Origin: Gordius albopunctatus
Taxonomy: Eukaryota
Reading direction: 5' to 3'
Length of the DNA: 64,000 nucleotides
Assembly: GCA_964276515.1 (NCBI GenBank)
Contig: OZ193910.1
Span: 6,572,001 to 6,636,000 of the forward strand
Shown: positions 51,305 through 63,655 of the stretch, piece after piece
Numbering within the stretch: the first letter of the stretch is position 1
Layout: each line of letters starts with the position of its first letter
Position numbers and translations under genes: made by a program
The notes under the pieces: generated by a model
Told to the model about the DNA's origin: nothing
Seen by the model: the letters and a program-made list of their open reading frames with translations, nothing else
Database searches by the model: none

Positions 51305-51722
51305 TTTTAAATATTTTTTTGAATCCAGTTACGATCAGGGGCGATCCTTAGCACATAGGGACGCCGTAGGAATACATTTGTGAATTAATTTTTGATTCTA
51401 GGCGCCATTTTATAGGAGATTTAGGGATTTTAGAGTATTTTGCGTCGGGCAGAATGCTAGGTGTCCGCCCTCAACGGAATTGGCGTAGTGGCGTCTGAAA
51501 GGGAGTAAGTAAACAGAGAACGCGATAATGAAACTGTTTCGAGCTGTATAATTACTACCAACAATCAAAAAGTTAAATATTCCACGTAATGCGTCATCGA
51601 TTACGACAAAATACACACATTTCGATGCTCTCGCGTAAATTTTAAGTGATAAAATATGGGTGGGAAATAAAAAAGTAAGAATCTTGCCTGATTTATAAGC
51701 ACAATTTTCGCTTTAAATCTAC

Positions 51723-51841
51723 GGTTACGACCATATCACGTTGAAAACACCGGTTCCCTTCCGAACACCGAAGTTAAGCAACGTTGAGCCCGGTTAGTAC
51801 TTGGATGGGTGACCGCTTGGGAATCCCGGGTGTTGTAACCT
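51723..51841 (+). rRNA. 5S rRNA
   Basis: Majority sequence. Confidence 0.95.
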
Positions 51842-52259
51842 TTTTAAATATTTTTTTGAATCCAGTTACGATCAAGGGCGATCCTTAGCACATAGGGGAC
51901 GCCGTAGGAATACATTTGTGAATTAATTTTTAATTCTAGGCGCCATTTTAAGGGAGATTTAGGGATTTTAGAGTATTTTGCGTCGGGCAGAATGCTAGGT
52001 GTCCGCCCTCAACGGAATTGGCGTATAGCGTCTGAAAGGGAGTAAGTAAATCGAGAACGCGATAATGAAACTGTTTCGAGTTGTATAATTACTACCAACA
52101 ATCAAAAAGTTAAATATTCCACGTAATGCGTCATCGATTACGACAAAATACACACATTTCGATGCTCTCGCGTAAATTTTAAGTGATAAAATATGGGTGG
52201 GAAATAAAAAAGTAAGAATCTTGCCTGATTTATAAGCACAATTTTCGCTTTAAATCTAC

Positions 52260-52378
52260 GGTTACGACCATATCACGTTGAAAACACCGGTTCCCTTCCG
52301 AACACCGAAGTTAAGCAACGTTGAGCCCGGTTAGTACTTGGATGGGTGACCGCTTGGGAATCCCGGGTGTTGTAACCT
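52260..52378 (+). rRNA. 5S rRNA
   Basis: Majority sequence. Confidence 0.95.
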
Positions 52379-52797
52379 TTTTAAATATTTTTTTGAATCC
52401 AGTTACGATCAGGGGCGATCCTTAGCACACAGCGGACGCCGTAGGAATACATTTGTGAATTAATTTTTAATTCTAGGCGCCATTATATAGGAGATTTAGG
52501 GATTTTAGAGTATTTTGCGTCGGGCAGAATGCTAGGTGTCCGTCTTCAACGGAATTGGCGTAGTGGCGTCTGAAAGGGAGTAAGTAAATCTGGAACGCGA
52601 TAATGAAACTGTTTCGAGCTGTATAATTACTACCAACAATCAAAAAGTTAAATATTCCACGTAATGCGTCATCGATTACGACAAAATACACACATTTCGA
52701 TGCTCTCGCGTAAATTTTAAGTGATAAAATATGGGTGGGAAATAAAAAAGTAAGAATCTTGCCTGATTTATAAGCACAATTTTCGCTTTAAATCTAC

Positions 52798-52916
52798 GGT
52801 TACGACCATATCACGTTGAAAACACCGGTTCCCTTCCGAACACCGAAGTTAAGCAACGTTGAGCCCGGTTAGTACTTGGATGGGTGACCGCTTGGGAATC
52901 CCGGGTGTTGTAACCT
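52798..52916 (+). rRNA. 5S rRNA
   Basis: Majority sequence. Confidence 0.95.
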
Positions 52917-53335
52917 TTTTAAATATTTTTTTGAATCCAGTTACGATCAAGGGCGATCCTTAGCACATAGGGGACGCCGTAGGAATACATTTGTGAATTA
53001 ATTTTTAATTCTAGGCGCCATTTTAAGGGAGATTTAGGGATTTTAGAGTATTTTGCGTCGGGCAGAATGCTAGGTGTCCGCCCTCAACGGAATTGGCGTA
53101 GTGGCGTCTGAAAGGGAGTAAGTAAACCGAGAACGCGATAATGAAACTGTTTCGAGCTGTATAATTACTACCAACAATCAAAAAGTTAAATATTCCACGT
53201 AATGCGTCATCGATTACGACAAAATACACACATTTCGATGCTCTCGCGTAAATTTTAAGTGATAAAATATGGGTGGGAAATAAAAAAGTAAGAATCTTGC
53301 CTGATTTATAAGCACAATTTTCGCTTTAAATCTAC

Positions 53336-53454
53336 GGTTACGACCATATCACGTTGAAAACACCGGTTCCCTTCCGAACACCGAAGTTAAGCAACGTTGA
53401 GCCCGGTTAGTACTTGGATGGGTGACCGCTTGGGAATCCCGGGTGTTGTAACCT
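53336..53454 (+). rRNA. 5S rRNA
   Basis: Majority sequence. Confidence 0.95.
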
Positions 53455-53872
53455 TTTTAAATATTTTTTTGAATCCAGTTACGATCAAGGGCGATCCTTA
53501 GCACATAGGGGACGCCGTAGGAATACATTTGTGAATTAATTTTTAATTTTAGGCGCCATTTTATAGGAGATTTAGGGATTTTAGAGTATTTTGCGTCGGG
53601 CAGAATGCTAGGTGTCCGTCCTCAACGGAATTGGCGTATAGCGTCTGAAAGGGAGTAAGTAAACCGAAAACGCGATAATGAAACTGTTTCGAGCTGTATA
53701 ATTACTACCAACAATCAAAAAGTTAAATATTCCACGTATTGCGTCATCTATTACGACAAAATACACACATTTCGATGCTCTCGCGTAAATTTTAAGTGAT
53801 AAAATATGGGTGGGAAATAAAAAAGTAAGAATCTTGCCTGATTTATAAGCACAATTTTCGCTTTAAATCTAC

Positions 53873-53991
53873 GGTTACGACCATATCACGTTGAAAACAC
53901 CGGTTCCCTTCCGAACACCGAAGTTAAGCAACGTTGAGCCCGGTTAGTACTTGGATGGGTGACCGCTTGGGAATCCCGGGTGTTGTAACCT
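53873..53991 (+). rRNA. 5S rRNA
   Basis: Majority sequence. Confidence 0.95.
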
Positions 53992-54409
53992 TTTTAAATA
54001 TTTTTTTGAATCCAGTTACGATCAAGGGCGATCCTTAGCACATAGGGGACGCCGTAGGAATACATTTGTGAATTAATTTTTAATTCTAGGCGCCATTTTA
54101 AGGGAGATTTAGGGATTTTAGAGTATTTTGCGTCGGGCAGAATGCTAGGTGTCCGCCCTCAACGGAATTGGCGTATAGCGTCTGAAAGGGAGTAAGTAAA
54201 TCGAGAACGCGATAATGAAACTGTTTCGAGTTGTATAATTACTACCAACAATCAAAAAGTTAAATATTCCACGTAATGCGTCATCTATTACGACAAAATA
54301 CACACATTTCGATGCTCTGGCGTAAATTTTAAGTGATAAAATATGGGTGGGAAATAAAAAAGTAAGAATCTTGCCTGATTTATAAGCACAATTTTCGCTT
54401 TAAATCTAC

Positions 54410-54528
54410 GGTTACGACCATATCACGTTGAAAACACCGGTTCCCTTCCGAACACCGAAGTTAAGCAACGTTGAGCCCGGTTAGTACTTGGATGGGTGAC
54501 CGCTTGGGAATCCCGGGTGTTGTAACCT
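54410..54528 (+). rRNA. 5S rRNA
   Basis: Majority sequence. Confidence 0.95.
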
Positions 54529-54946
54529 TTTTAAATATTTTTTTGAATCCAGTTACGATCAAGGGCGATCCTTAGCACATAGGGGACGCCGTAGGAATAC
54601 ATTTGTGAATTAATTTTTAATTTTAGGCGCCATTTTATAGGAGATTTAGGGATTTTAGAGTATTTTGCGTCGGACAGAATGCTAGGTGTCCGTCCTCAAC
54701 GGAATTGGCGTATAGCGTCTGAAAGGGAGTAAGTAAACCGAAAACGCGATAATGAAACTGTTTCGAGCTGTATAATTACTACCAACAATCAAAAAGTTAA
54801 ATATTCCACGTATTGCGTCATCGATTACGACAAAATACATACATTTCGATGCTCTCGCGTAAATTTTAAGTGATAAAATATGGGTGGGAAATAAAAAAGT
54901 AAGAATCTTGCCTGATTTATAAGCACAATTTTCGCTTTAAATCTAC

Positions 54947-55065
54947 GGTTACGACCATATCACGTTGAAAACACCGGTTCCCTTCCGAACACCGAAGTTA
55001 ATCAACGTTGAGCCCGGTTAGTACTTGGATGGGTGACCGCTTGGGAATCCCGGGTGTTGTAACCT
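54947..55065 (+). rRNA. 5S rRNA variant
   Basis: G56T in box A. Confidence 0.85.
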
Positions 55066-55483
55066 TTTTAAATATTTTTTTGAATCCAGTTACGATCAAG
55101 GGCGATCCTTAGCAGATAGGGGACGCCGTAGGAATACATTTGTGAATTAATTTTTAATTCTAGGCGCCATTTTAAGGGAGATTTAGGGATTTTAGAGTAT
55201 TTTGCGTCGGGCAGAATGCTAGGTGTCCGCCCTCAACGGAATTGGCGTATAGCGTCTGAAAGGGAGTAAGTAAATCGAGAACGCGATAATGAAACTGTTT
55301 CGAGTTGTATAATTACTACCAACAATCAAAAAGTTAAATATTCCACGTAATGCGTCATCGATTACGACAAAATACACACATTTCGATGCTCTCGCGTAAA
55401 TTTTAAGTGATAAAATATGGGTGGGAAATAAAAAAGTAAGAATCTTGCCTGATTTATAAGCACAATTTTCGCTTTAAATCTAC

Positions 55484-55600
55484 GGTCTACCATATCACGT
55501 TGAAAACACCGGTTCCCTTCCGAACACCGAAGTTAAGCAACGTTGAGCCCGGTTAGTACTTGGATGGGTGACCGCTTGGGAATCCCGGGTGTTGTAACCT
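55484..55600 (+). pseudogene. 5S with disrupted 5' end (helix I)
   Basis: GGTCTACC replaces GGTTACGACC (net -2 nt). Confidence 0.75.
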
Positions 55601-56018
55601 TTTTAAATATTTTTTTGAATCCAGTTACGATCAAGGGCGATCCTGAGCACATAGGGGACGCCGTAGGAATACATTTGTGAATTAATTTTTAATTCTAGGC
55701 GCCATTTTATAGGAGATTTAGGGATTTTAGAGTATTTTGCGTCGGGCAGAATGCTAGGTGTCCGTCCTCAACGGAATTGGCGTATAGCGTCTGAAAGGGA
55801 GTAAGTAAACCGAAAACGCGATAATGAAACTGTTTCGAGCTGTATAATTACTACCAACAATCAAAAAGTTAAATATTCCACGTATTGCGTCATCTATTAC
55901 GACAAAATACACACATTTCGATGCTCTCGCGTAAATTTTAAGTGATAAAATATGGGTGGGAAATAAAAAAGTAAGAATCTTGCCTGATTTATAAGCACAA
56001 TTTTCGCTTTAAATCTAC

Positions 56019-56137
56019 GGTTACGACCATATCACGTTGAAAACACCGGTTCCCTTCCGAACACCGAAGTTAAGCAACGTTGAGCCCGGTTAGTACTTGG
56101 ATGGGTGACCGCTTGGGAATCCCGGGTGTTGTAACCT
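56019..56137 (+). rRNA. 5S rRNA
   Basis: Majority sequence. Confidence 0.95.
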
Positions 56138-56555
56138 TTTTAAATATTTTTTTGAATCCAGTTACGATCAAGGGCGATCCTTAGCACATAGGGGACGCCG
56201 TAGGAATACATTTGTGAATTAATTTTTAATTCTAGGCGCCATTTTAAGGGAGATTTAGGGATTTTAGAGTATTTTGCGTCGGGCAGAATGCTAGGTGTCC
56301 GCCCTCAACGGAATTGGCGTATAGCGTCTGAAAGGGAGTAAGTAAATCGAGAACGCGATAATGAAACTGTTTCGAGTTGTATAATTACTACCAACAATCA
56401 AAAAGTTAAATATTCCACGTAATGCGTCATCTATTACGACAAAATACACACATTTCGATGCTCTGGCGTAAATTTTAAGTGATAAAATATGGGTGGGAAA
56501 TAAAAAAGTAAGAATCTTGCCTGATTTATAAGCACAATTTTCGCTTTAAATCTAC

Positions 56556-56674
56556 GGTTACGACCATATCACGTTGAAAACACCGGTTCCCTTCCGAACA
56601 CCGAAGTTAAGCAACGTTGAGCCCGGTTAGTACTTGGATGGGTGACCGCTTGGGAATCCCGGGTGTTGTAACCT
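56556..56674 (+). rRNA. 5S rRNA
   Basis: Majority sequence. Confidence 0.95.
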
Positions 56675-57092
56675 TTTTAAATATTTTTTTGAATCCAGTT
56701 ACGATCAAGGGCGATCCTTAGCACATAGGGGACGCCGTAGGAATACATTTGTGAATTAATTTTTAATTTTAGGCGCCATTTTATAGGAGATTTAGGGATT
56801 TTAGAGTATTTTGCGTCGGACAGAATGCTAGGTGTCCGTCCTCAACGGAATTGGCGTATAGCGTCTGAAAGGGAGTAAGTAAACCGAAAACGCGATAATG
56901 AAACTGTTTCGAGCTGTATAATTACTACCAACAATCAAAAAGTTAAATATTCCACGTATTGCGTCATCGATTACGACAAAATACATACATTTCGATGCTC
57001 TCGCGTAAATTTTAAGTGATAAAATATGGGTGGGAAATAAAAAAGTAAGAATCTTGCCTGATTTATAAGCACAATTTTCGCTTTAAATCTAC

Positions 57093-57211
57093 GGTTACGA
57101 CCATATCACGTTGAAAACACCGGTTCCCTTCCGAACACCGAAGTTAATCAACGTTGAGCCCGGTTAGTACTTGGATGGGTGACCGCTTGGGAATCCCGGG
57201 TGTTGTAACCT
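57093..57211 (+). rRNA. 5S rRNA variant
   Basis: G56T in box A. Confidence 0.85.
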
Positions 57212-57629
57212 TTTTAAATATTTTTTTGAATCCAGTTACGATCAAGGGCGATCCTTAGCAGATAGGGGACGCCGTAGGAATACATTTGTGAATTAATTTT
57301 TAATTCTAGGCGCCATTTTAAGGGAGATTTAGGGATTTTAGAGTATTTTGCGTCGGGCAGAATGCTAGGTGTCCGCCCTCAACGGAATTGGCGTATAGCG
57401 TCTGAAAGGGAGTAAGTAAATCGAGAACGCGATAATGAAACTGTTTCGAGTTGTATAATTACTACCAACAATCAAAAAGTTAAATATTCCACGTAATGCG
57501 TCATCGATTACGACAAAATACACACATTTCGATGCTCTCGCGTAAATTTTAAGTGATAAAATATGGGTGGGAAATAAAAAAGTAAGAATCTTGCCTGATT
57601 TATAAGCACAATTTTCGCTTTAAATCTAC

Positions 57630-57746
57630 GGTCTACCATATCACGTTGAAAACACCGGTTCCCTTCCGAACACCGAAGTTAAGCAACGTTGAGCCCGGTT
57701 AGTACTTGGATGGGTGACCGCTTGGGAATCCCGGGTGTTGTAACCT
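57630..57746 (+). pseudogene. 5S with disrupted 5' end (helix I)
   Basis: GGTCTACC replaces GGTTACGACC (net -2 nt). Confidence 0.75.
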
Positions 57747-58164
57747 TTTTAAATATTTTTTTGAATCCAGTTACGATCAAGGGCGATCCTGAGCACATAG
57801 GGGACGCCGTAGGAATACATTTGTGAATTAATTTTTAATTCTAGGCGCCATTTTATAGGAGATTTAGGGATTTTAGAGTATTTTGCGTCGGGCAGAATGC
57901 TAGGTGTCCGTCCTCAACGGAATTGGCGTATAGCGTCTGAAAGGGAGTAAGTAAACCGAAAACGCGATAATGAAACTGTTTCGAGCTGTATAATTACTAC
58001 CAACAATCAAAAAGTTAAATATTCCACGTATTGCGTCATCTATTACGACAAAATACACACATTTCGATGCTCTCGCGTAAATTTTAAGTGATAAAATATG
58101 GGTGGGAAATAAAAAAGTAAGAATCTTGCCTGATTTATAAGCACAATTTTCGCTTTAAATCTAC

Positions 58165-58283
58165 GGTTACGACCATATCACGTTGAAAACACCGGTTCCC
58201 TTCCGAACACCGAAGTTAAGCAACGTTGAGCCCGGTTAGTACTTGGATGGGTGACCGCTTGGGAATCCCGGGTGTTGTAACCT
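58165..58283 (+). rRNA. 5S rRNA
   Basis: Majority sequence. Confidence 0.95.
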
Positions 58284-58701
58284 TTTTAAATATTTTTTTG
58301 AATCCAGTTACGATCAAGGGCGATCCTTAGCACATAGGGGACGCCGTAGGAATACATTTGTGAATTAATTTTTAATTTTAGGCGCCATTTTAAGGGAGAT
58401 TTAGGGATTTTAGAGTATTTTGCGTCGGGCAGAATGCTAGGTGTCCGTCCTCAACGGAATTGGCGTATAGCGTCTGAAAGGGACTAAGTAAACCGAGAAC
58501 GCGATAATGAAACTGTTTCGAGCTGTGTAATTACTACCAACAATCAAAAAGTTAAATATTCCACGTATTGCGTCATCGATTACGACAAAATACACACATT
58601 TCGATGCTCTCGCGTCAATTTTAAGTGATAAAATATGGGTGGGAAATAAAAAAGTAAGAATCTTGCCTGATTTATAAGCACAATTTTCGCTTTAAATCTA
58701 C

Positions 58702-58820
58702 GGTTACGACCATATCACGTTGAAAACACCGGTTCCCTTCCGAACACCGAAGTTAAGCAACGTTGAGCCCGGTTAGTACTTGGATGGGTGACCGCTTGGG
58801 AATCCCGGGTGTTGTAACCT
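58702..58820 (+). rRNA. 5S rRNA
   Basis: Majority sequence. Confidence 0.95.
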
Positions 58821-59239
58821 TTTTAAATATTTTTTTGAATCCAGTTACGATCAAGGGCGATCCTTAGCACATAGGGGACGCCGTAGGAATACATTTGTGA
58901 ATTAATTTTTAATTCTAGGCGCCATTTTAAGGGAGATTTAGGGATTTTAGAGTATTTTGCGTCGGGCAGAATGCTAGGTGTCCGCCCTCAACGGAATTGG
59001 CGTAGTGGCGTCTGAAAGGGAGTAAGTAAACCGAAAACGCGATAATGAAACTGTTTCGAGTTGTATAATTACTACCAACAATCAAAAAGTTAAATATTCC
59101 ACGTAATGCGTCATCGATTACGACAAAATACACACATTTCGATGCTCTCGCGTAAATTTTAAGTGATAAAATATGGGTGGGAAATAAAAAAGTAAGAATC
59201 TTGCCTGATTTATAAGCACAATTTTCGCTTTAAATCTAC

Positions 59240-59358
59240 GGTTACGACCATATCACGTTGAAAACACCGGTTCCCTTCCGAACACCGAAGTTAAGCAACG
59301 TTGAGCCCGGTTAGTACTTGGATGGGTGACCGCTTGGGAATCCCGGGTGTTGTAACCT
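59240..59358 (+). rRNA. 5S rRNA
   Basis: Majority sequence. Confidence 0.95.
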
Positions 59359-59775
59359 TTTTAAATATTTTTTTGAATCCAGTTACGATCAAGGGCGATC
59401 CTTAGCACATAGGGGACGCCGTAGGAATACATTTGTGAATTAATTTTTAATTCTAGGCGCCATTTTATAGGAGATTTAGGGATTTTAGAGTATTTTGCGT
59501 CGGGCAGAATGCTAGGTGTCCGTCCTCAACGGAATTGGCGTATAGCGTCTGAAAGGGAGTAAGTAAATCGAGAACGCGATAATGAAACTGTTTCGAGTTG
59601 TATAATTACTACCAACAATCAAAAAGTTAAATATTCCACGTAATGCGTCATCGATTACGACAAAATACACACATTTCGATGCTCTCGCGTAAATTTTAAG
59701 TGATAAAATATGGGTGGGAAATAAAAAAGTAAGAATGTTGCTGATTTATAAGCACAATTTTCGCTTTAAATCTAC

Positions 59776-59894
59776 GGTTACGACCATATCACGTTGAAAA
59801 CACCGGTTCCCTTCCGAACACCGAAGTTAAGCAACGTTGAGCCCGGTTAGTACTTGGATGGGTGACCGCTTGGGAATCCCGGGTGTTGTAACCT
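59776..59894 (+). rRNA. 5S rRNA
   Basis: Majority sequence. Confidence 0.95.
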
Positions 59895-60313
59895 TTTTAA
59901 ATATTTTTTTGAATCCAGTTACGATCAAGGGCGATCCTTAGCACATAGGGGACGCCGTAGGAATACATTTGTGAATTAATTTTTAATTCTAGGCGCCATT
60001 TTAAGGGAGATTTAGTGATTTTAGAGTATTTTGCGTCGGGCAGAATGCTAGGTGTCCGCCCTCAACGGAATTGGCGTAGTGGCGTCTGAAAGGGAGTAAG
60101 TAAACAGAGAACGCGATAATGAAACTGTTTCGAGCTGTATAATTACTACCAACAATCAAAAAGTTAAATATTCCACGTAATGCGTCATCGATTACGACAA
60201 AATACACACATTTCGATGCTCTCGCGTAAATTTTAAGTGATAAAATATGGGTGGGAAATAAAAAAGTAAGAATCTTGCCTGATTTATAAGCACAATTTTC
60301 GCTTTAAATCTAC

Positions 60314-60432
60314 GGTTACGACCATATCACGTTGAAAACACCGGTTCCCTTCCGAACACCGAAGTTAAGCAACGTTGAGCCCGGTTAGTACTTGGATGGG
60401 TGACCGCTTGGGAATCCCGGGTGTTGTAACCT
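60314..60432 (+). rRNA. 5S rRNA
   Basis: Majority sequence. Confidence 0.95.
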
Positions 60433-60851
60433 TTTTAAATATTTTTTTGAATCCAGTTACGATCAAGGGCGATCCTTAGCACATAGGGGACGCCGTAGGA
60501 ATACATTTGTGAATTAATTTTTAATTCTAGGCGGCATTTTAAGGGAGATTTAGGGATTTTAGAGTATTTTGCGTCGGGCAGAATGCTAGGTGTCCGCCCT
60601 CAACGGAATTGGCGTAGTGGCGTCTGAAAGGGAGTAAGTAAACCGAAAACGCGATAATGAAACTGTTTCGAGCTGTATAATTACTACCAACAATCAAAAA
60701 GTTAAATATTCCACGTAATGCGTCATCGATTACGACAAAATACACACATTTCGATGCTCTCGCGTAAATTTTAAGTGATAAAATATGGGTGGGAAATAAA
60801 AAAGTAAGAATCTTGCCTGATTTATAAGCACAATTTTCGCTCTAAATCTAC

Positions 60852-60970
60852 GGTTACGACCATATCACGCTGAAAACACCGGTTCCCTTCCGAACAACGA
60901 AGTTAAGCAACGTTGAGCCCGGTTAGTACTTGGATGGATGACCGCTTGGGAATCCCGTGTGTTGTAACCT
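60852..60970 (+). rRNA. 5S rRNA variant, possible pseudogene
   Basis: T19C, C46A, G87A, G107T. Confidence 0.75.
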
Positions 60971-61388
60971 TTTTAAATATTTTTTTGAATCCAGTTACGA
61001 TCAAGTGCGATCCTTAGCACATAGGGGACGCCGTAGGAATACATTTGTGAATTAATTTTTAATTCTAGGCGCCATTTTATAGGAGATTTAGGGATTTTAG
61101 AGTATTTTGCGTCGGGCAGAATGCTAGGTGTCCGTCCTCAACGGAATTGGCGTATAGCGTCTGAAAGGGAGTAAGTAAATCGAGAACGCGATAATGAAAC
61201 TGTTTCGAGTTGTATAATTACTACCAACAATCAAAAAGTTAAATATTCCACGTAATGCGTCATCGATTACGACAAAATACACACATTTCGATGCTCTCGC
61301 GTAAATTTTAAGTGATAAAATATGGGTGGGAAATAAAAAAGTAAGAATCTTGCCTGATTTATAAGCACAATTTTCGCTTTAAATCTAC

Positions 61389-61507
61389 GGTTACGACCAT
61401 ATCACGTTGAAAACACCGGTTCCCTTCCGAACACCGAAGTTAAGCAACGTTGAGCCCGGTTAGTACTTGGATGGATGACCGCTTGGGAATCCCGGGTGTT
61501 GTAACCT
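61389..61507 (+). rRNA. 5S rRNA variant
   Basis: G87A. Confidence 0.85.
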
Positions 61508-61926
61508 TTTTAAATATTTTTTTGAATCCAGTTACGATCAGGGGCGATCCTTAGCACACAGCGGACGCCGTAGGAATACATTTGTGAATTAATTTTTAAT
61601 TCTAGGCGCCATTATATAGGAGATTTAGGGATTTTAGAGTATTTTGCGTCGGGCAGAATGCTAGGTGTCCGTCTTCAACGGAATTGGCGTAGTGGCGTCT
61701 GAAAGGGAGTAAGTAAATCTGGAACGCGATAATGAAACTGTTTCGAGCTGTATAATTACTACCAACAATCAAAAAGTTAAATATTTTACGTATTGCGTCA
61801 TCGATTACGACAAAATACACAAATTTCGATGCTCTCGCGTCAATTTTAAGTGATAAAATATGGATGGGAAATAAAAAAGTAAGAATCTTGATTGATTTAT
61901 AAGCACAATTTTCGCTTTAAATCTAC

Positions 61927-62045
61927 GGTTACGACCATATCTCGTTGAAAACACCGGTTCCCTTCCGAACACCGAAGTCAAGCAACGTTGAGCCCGGTTA
62001 GTACTTGGATGGGTGACCGCTTGGGAATCCCGGGTGTTGTAACCT
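61927..62045 (+). rRNA. 5S rRNA variant
   Basis: A16T, T53C. Confidence 0.8.
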
Positions 62046-62464
62046 TTTTAAATATTTTTTTGAATCCAGTTACGATCAGGGGCGATCCTTAGCACACAGC
62101 GGACGCCGTAGGAATACATTTGTGAATTAATTTTTAATTCTAGGCGCCATTATATAGGAGATTTAGGGATTTTAGAGTATTTTGCGTCGGGCAGAATGCT
62201 AGGTGTCCGTCCTCAACGGAATTGGCGTAGTGGCGTCTGAAAGGGAGTAAGTAAATCTGGAACGCGATAATGAAACTGTTTCGAGCTGTATAATTACTAC
62301 CAACAATCAAAAAGTTAAATATTTTACGTATTGCGTCATCGATTACGACAAAATACACAAATTTCGATGCTCTCGCGTCAATTTTAAGTGATAAAATATG
62401 GGTGGGAAATAAAAAAGTAAGAATCTTGCCTGATTTATAAGCACAATTTTCGCTTTAAATCTAC

Positions 62465-62583
62465 GGTTACGACCATATCACGTTGAAAACACCGGTTCCC
62501 TTCCGAACACCGAAGTTAAGCAACGTTGAGCCCGGTTAGTACTTGGATGGGTGACCGCTTGGGAATCCCTGGTGTTGTAACCT
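62465..62583 (+). rRNA. 5S rRNA variant
   Basis: G106T. Confidence 0.85.
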
Positions 62584-63001
62584 TTTTAAATATTTTTTTG
62601 AATCCAGTTACGATCAAGGGCGATCCTTAGCACATAGGGGACGCCGTAGGAATACATTTGTGAATTAATTTTTAATTCTAGGCGCCATTTTATAGGAGAT
62701 TTAGGGATTTTAGAGTATTTTGCGTCGGGCAGAATGCTAGGTGTCCGTCCTCAACGGAATTGGCGTATAGCGTCTGAAAGTGAGTAAGTAAACCGAAAAC
62801 GCGATAATGAAACTGTTTCGAGTTGTATAATTACTACCAACAATCAAAAAGTTAAATATTCCACGTAATGCGTCATCGATTACGACAAAATACACACATT
62901 TCGATGCTCTCGCGTAAATTTTAAGTGATAAAATATGGGTGGGAAATAAAAAAGTAAGAATCTTGCCTGATTTATAAGCACAATTTTCGCTTTAAATCTA
63001 C

Positions 63002-63118
63002 GGTCTACCATATCACGTTGAAAACACCGGTTCCCTTCCGAACACCGAAGTTAAGCAACGTTGAGCCCGGTTAGTACTTGGATGGGTGACCGCTTGGGAA
63101 TCCCGGGTGTTGTAACCT
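63002..63118 (+). pseudogene. 5S with disrupted 5' end (helix I)
   Basis: GGTCTACC replaces GGTTACGACC (net -2 nt). Confidence 0.75.
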
Positions 63119-63536
63119 TTTTAAATATTTTTTTGAATCCAGTTACGATCAAGGGCGATCCTGAGCACATAGGGGACGCCGTAGGAATACATTTGTGAAT
63201 TAATTTTTAATTCTAGGCGCCATTTTATAGGAGATTTAGGGATTTTAGAGTATTTTGCGTCGGGCAGAATGCTAGGTGTCCGTCCTCAACGGAATTGGCG
63301 TATAGCGTCTGAAAGGGAGTAAGTAAACCGAAAACGCGATAATGAAACTGTTTCGAGCTGTATAATTACTACCAACAATCAAAAAGTTAAATATTCCACG
63401 TAATGCGTCATCGATTACGACAAAATACACACATTTCGATGCTCTCGCGTAAATTTTAAGTGATAAAATATGGGTGGGAAATAAAAAAGTAAGAATCTTG
63501 CCTGATTTATAAGCACAATTTTCGCTTTAAATCTAC

Positions 63537-63655
63537 GGTTACGACCATATCACGTTGAAAACACCGGTTCCCTTCCGAACACCGAAGTTAAGCAACGTTG
63601 AGCCCGGTTAGTACTTGGATGGGTGACCGCTTGGGAATCCCGGGTGTTGTAACCT
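63537..63655 (+). rRNA. 5S rRNA
   Basis: Majority sequence. Confidence 0.95.
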
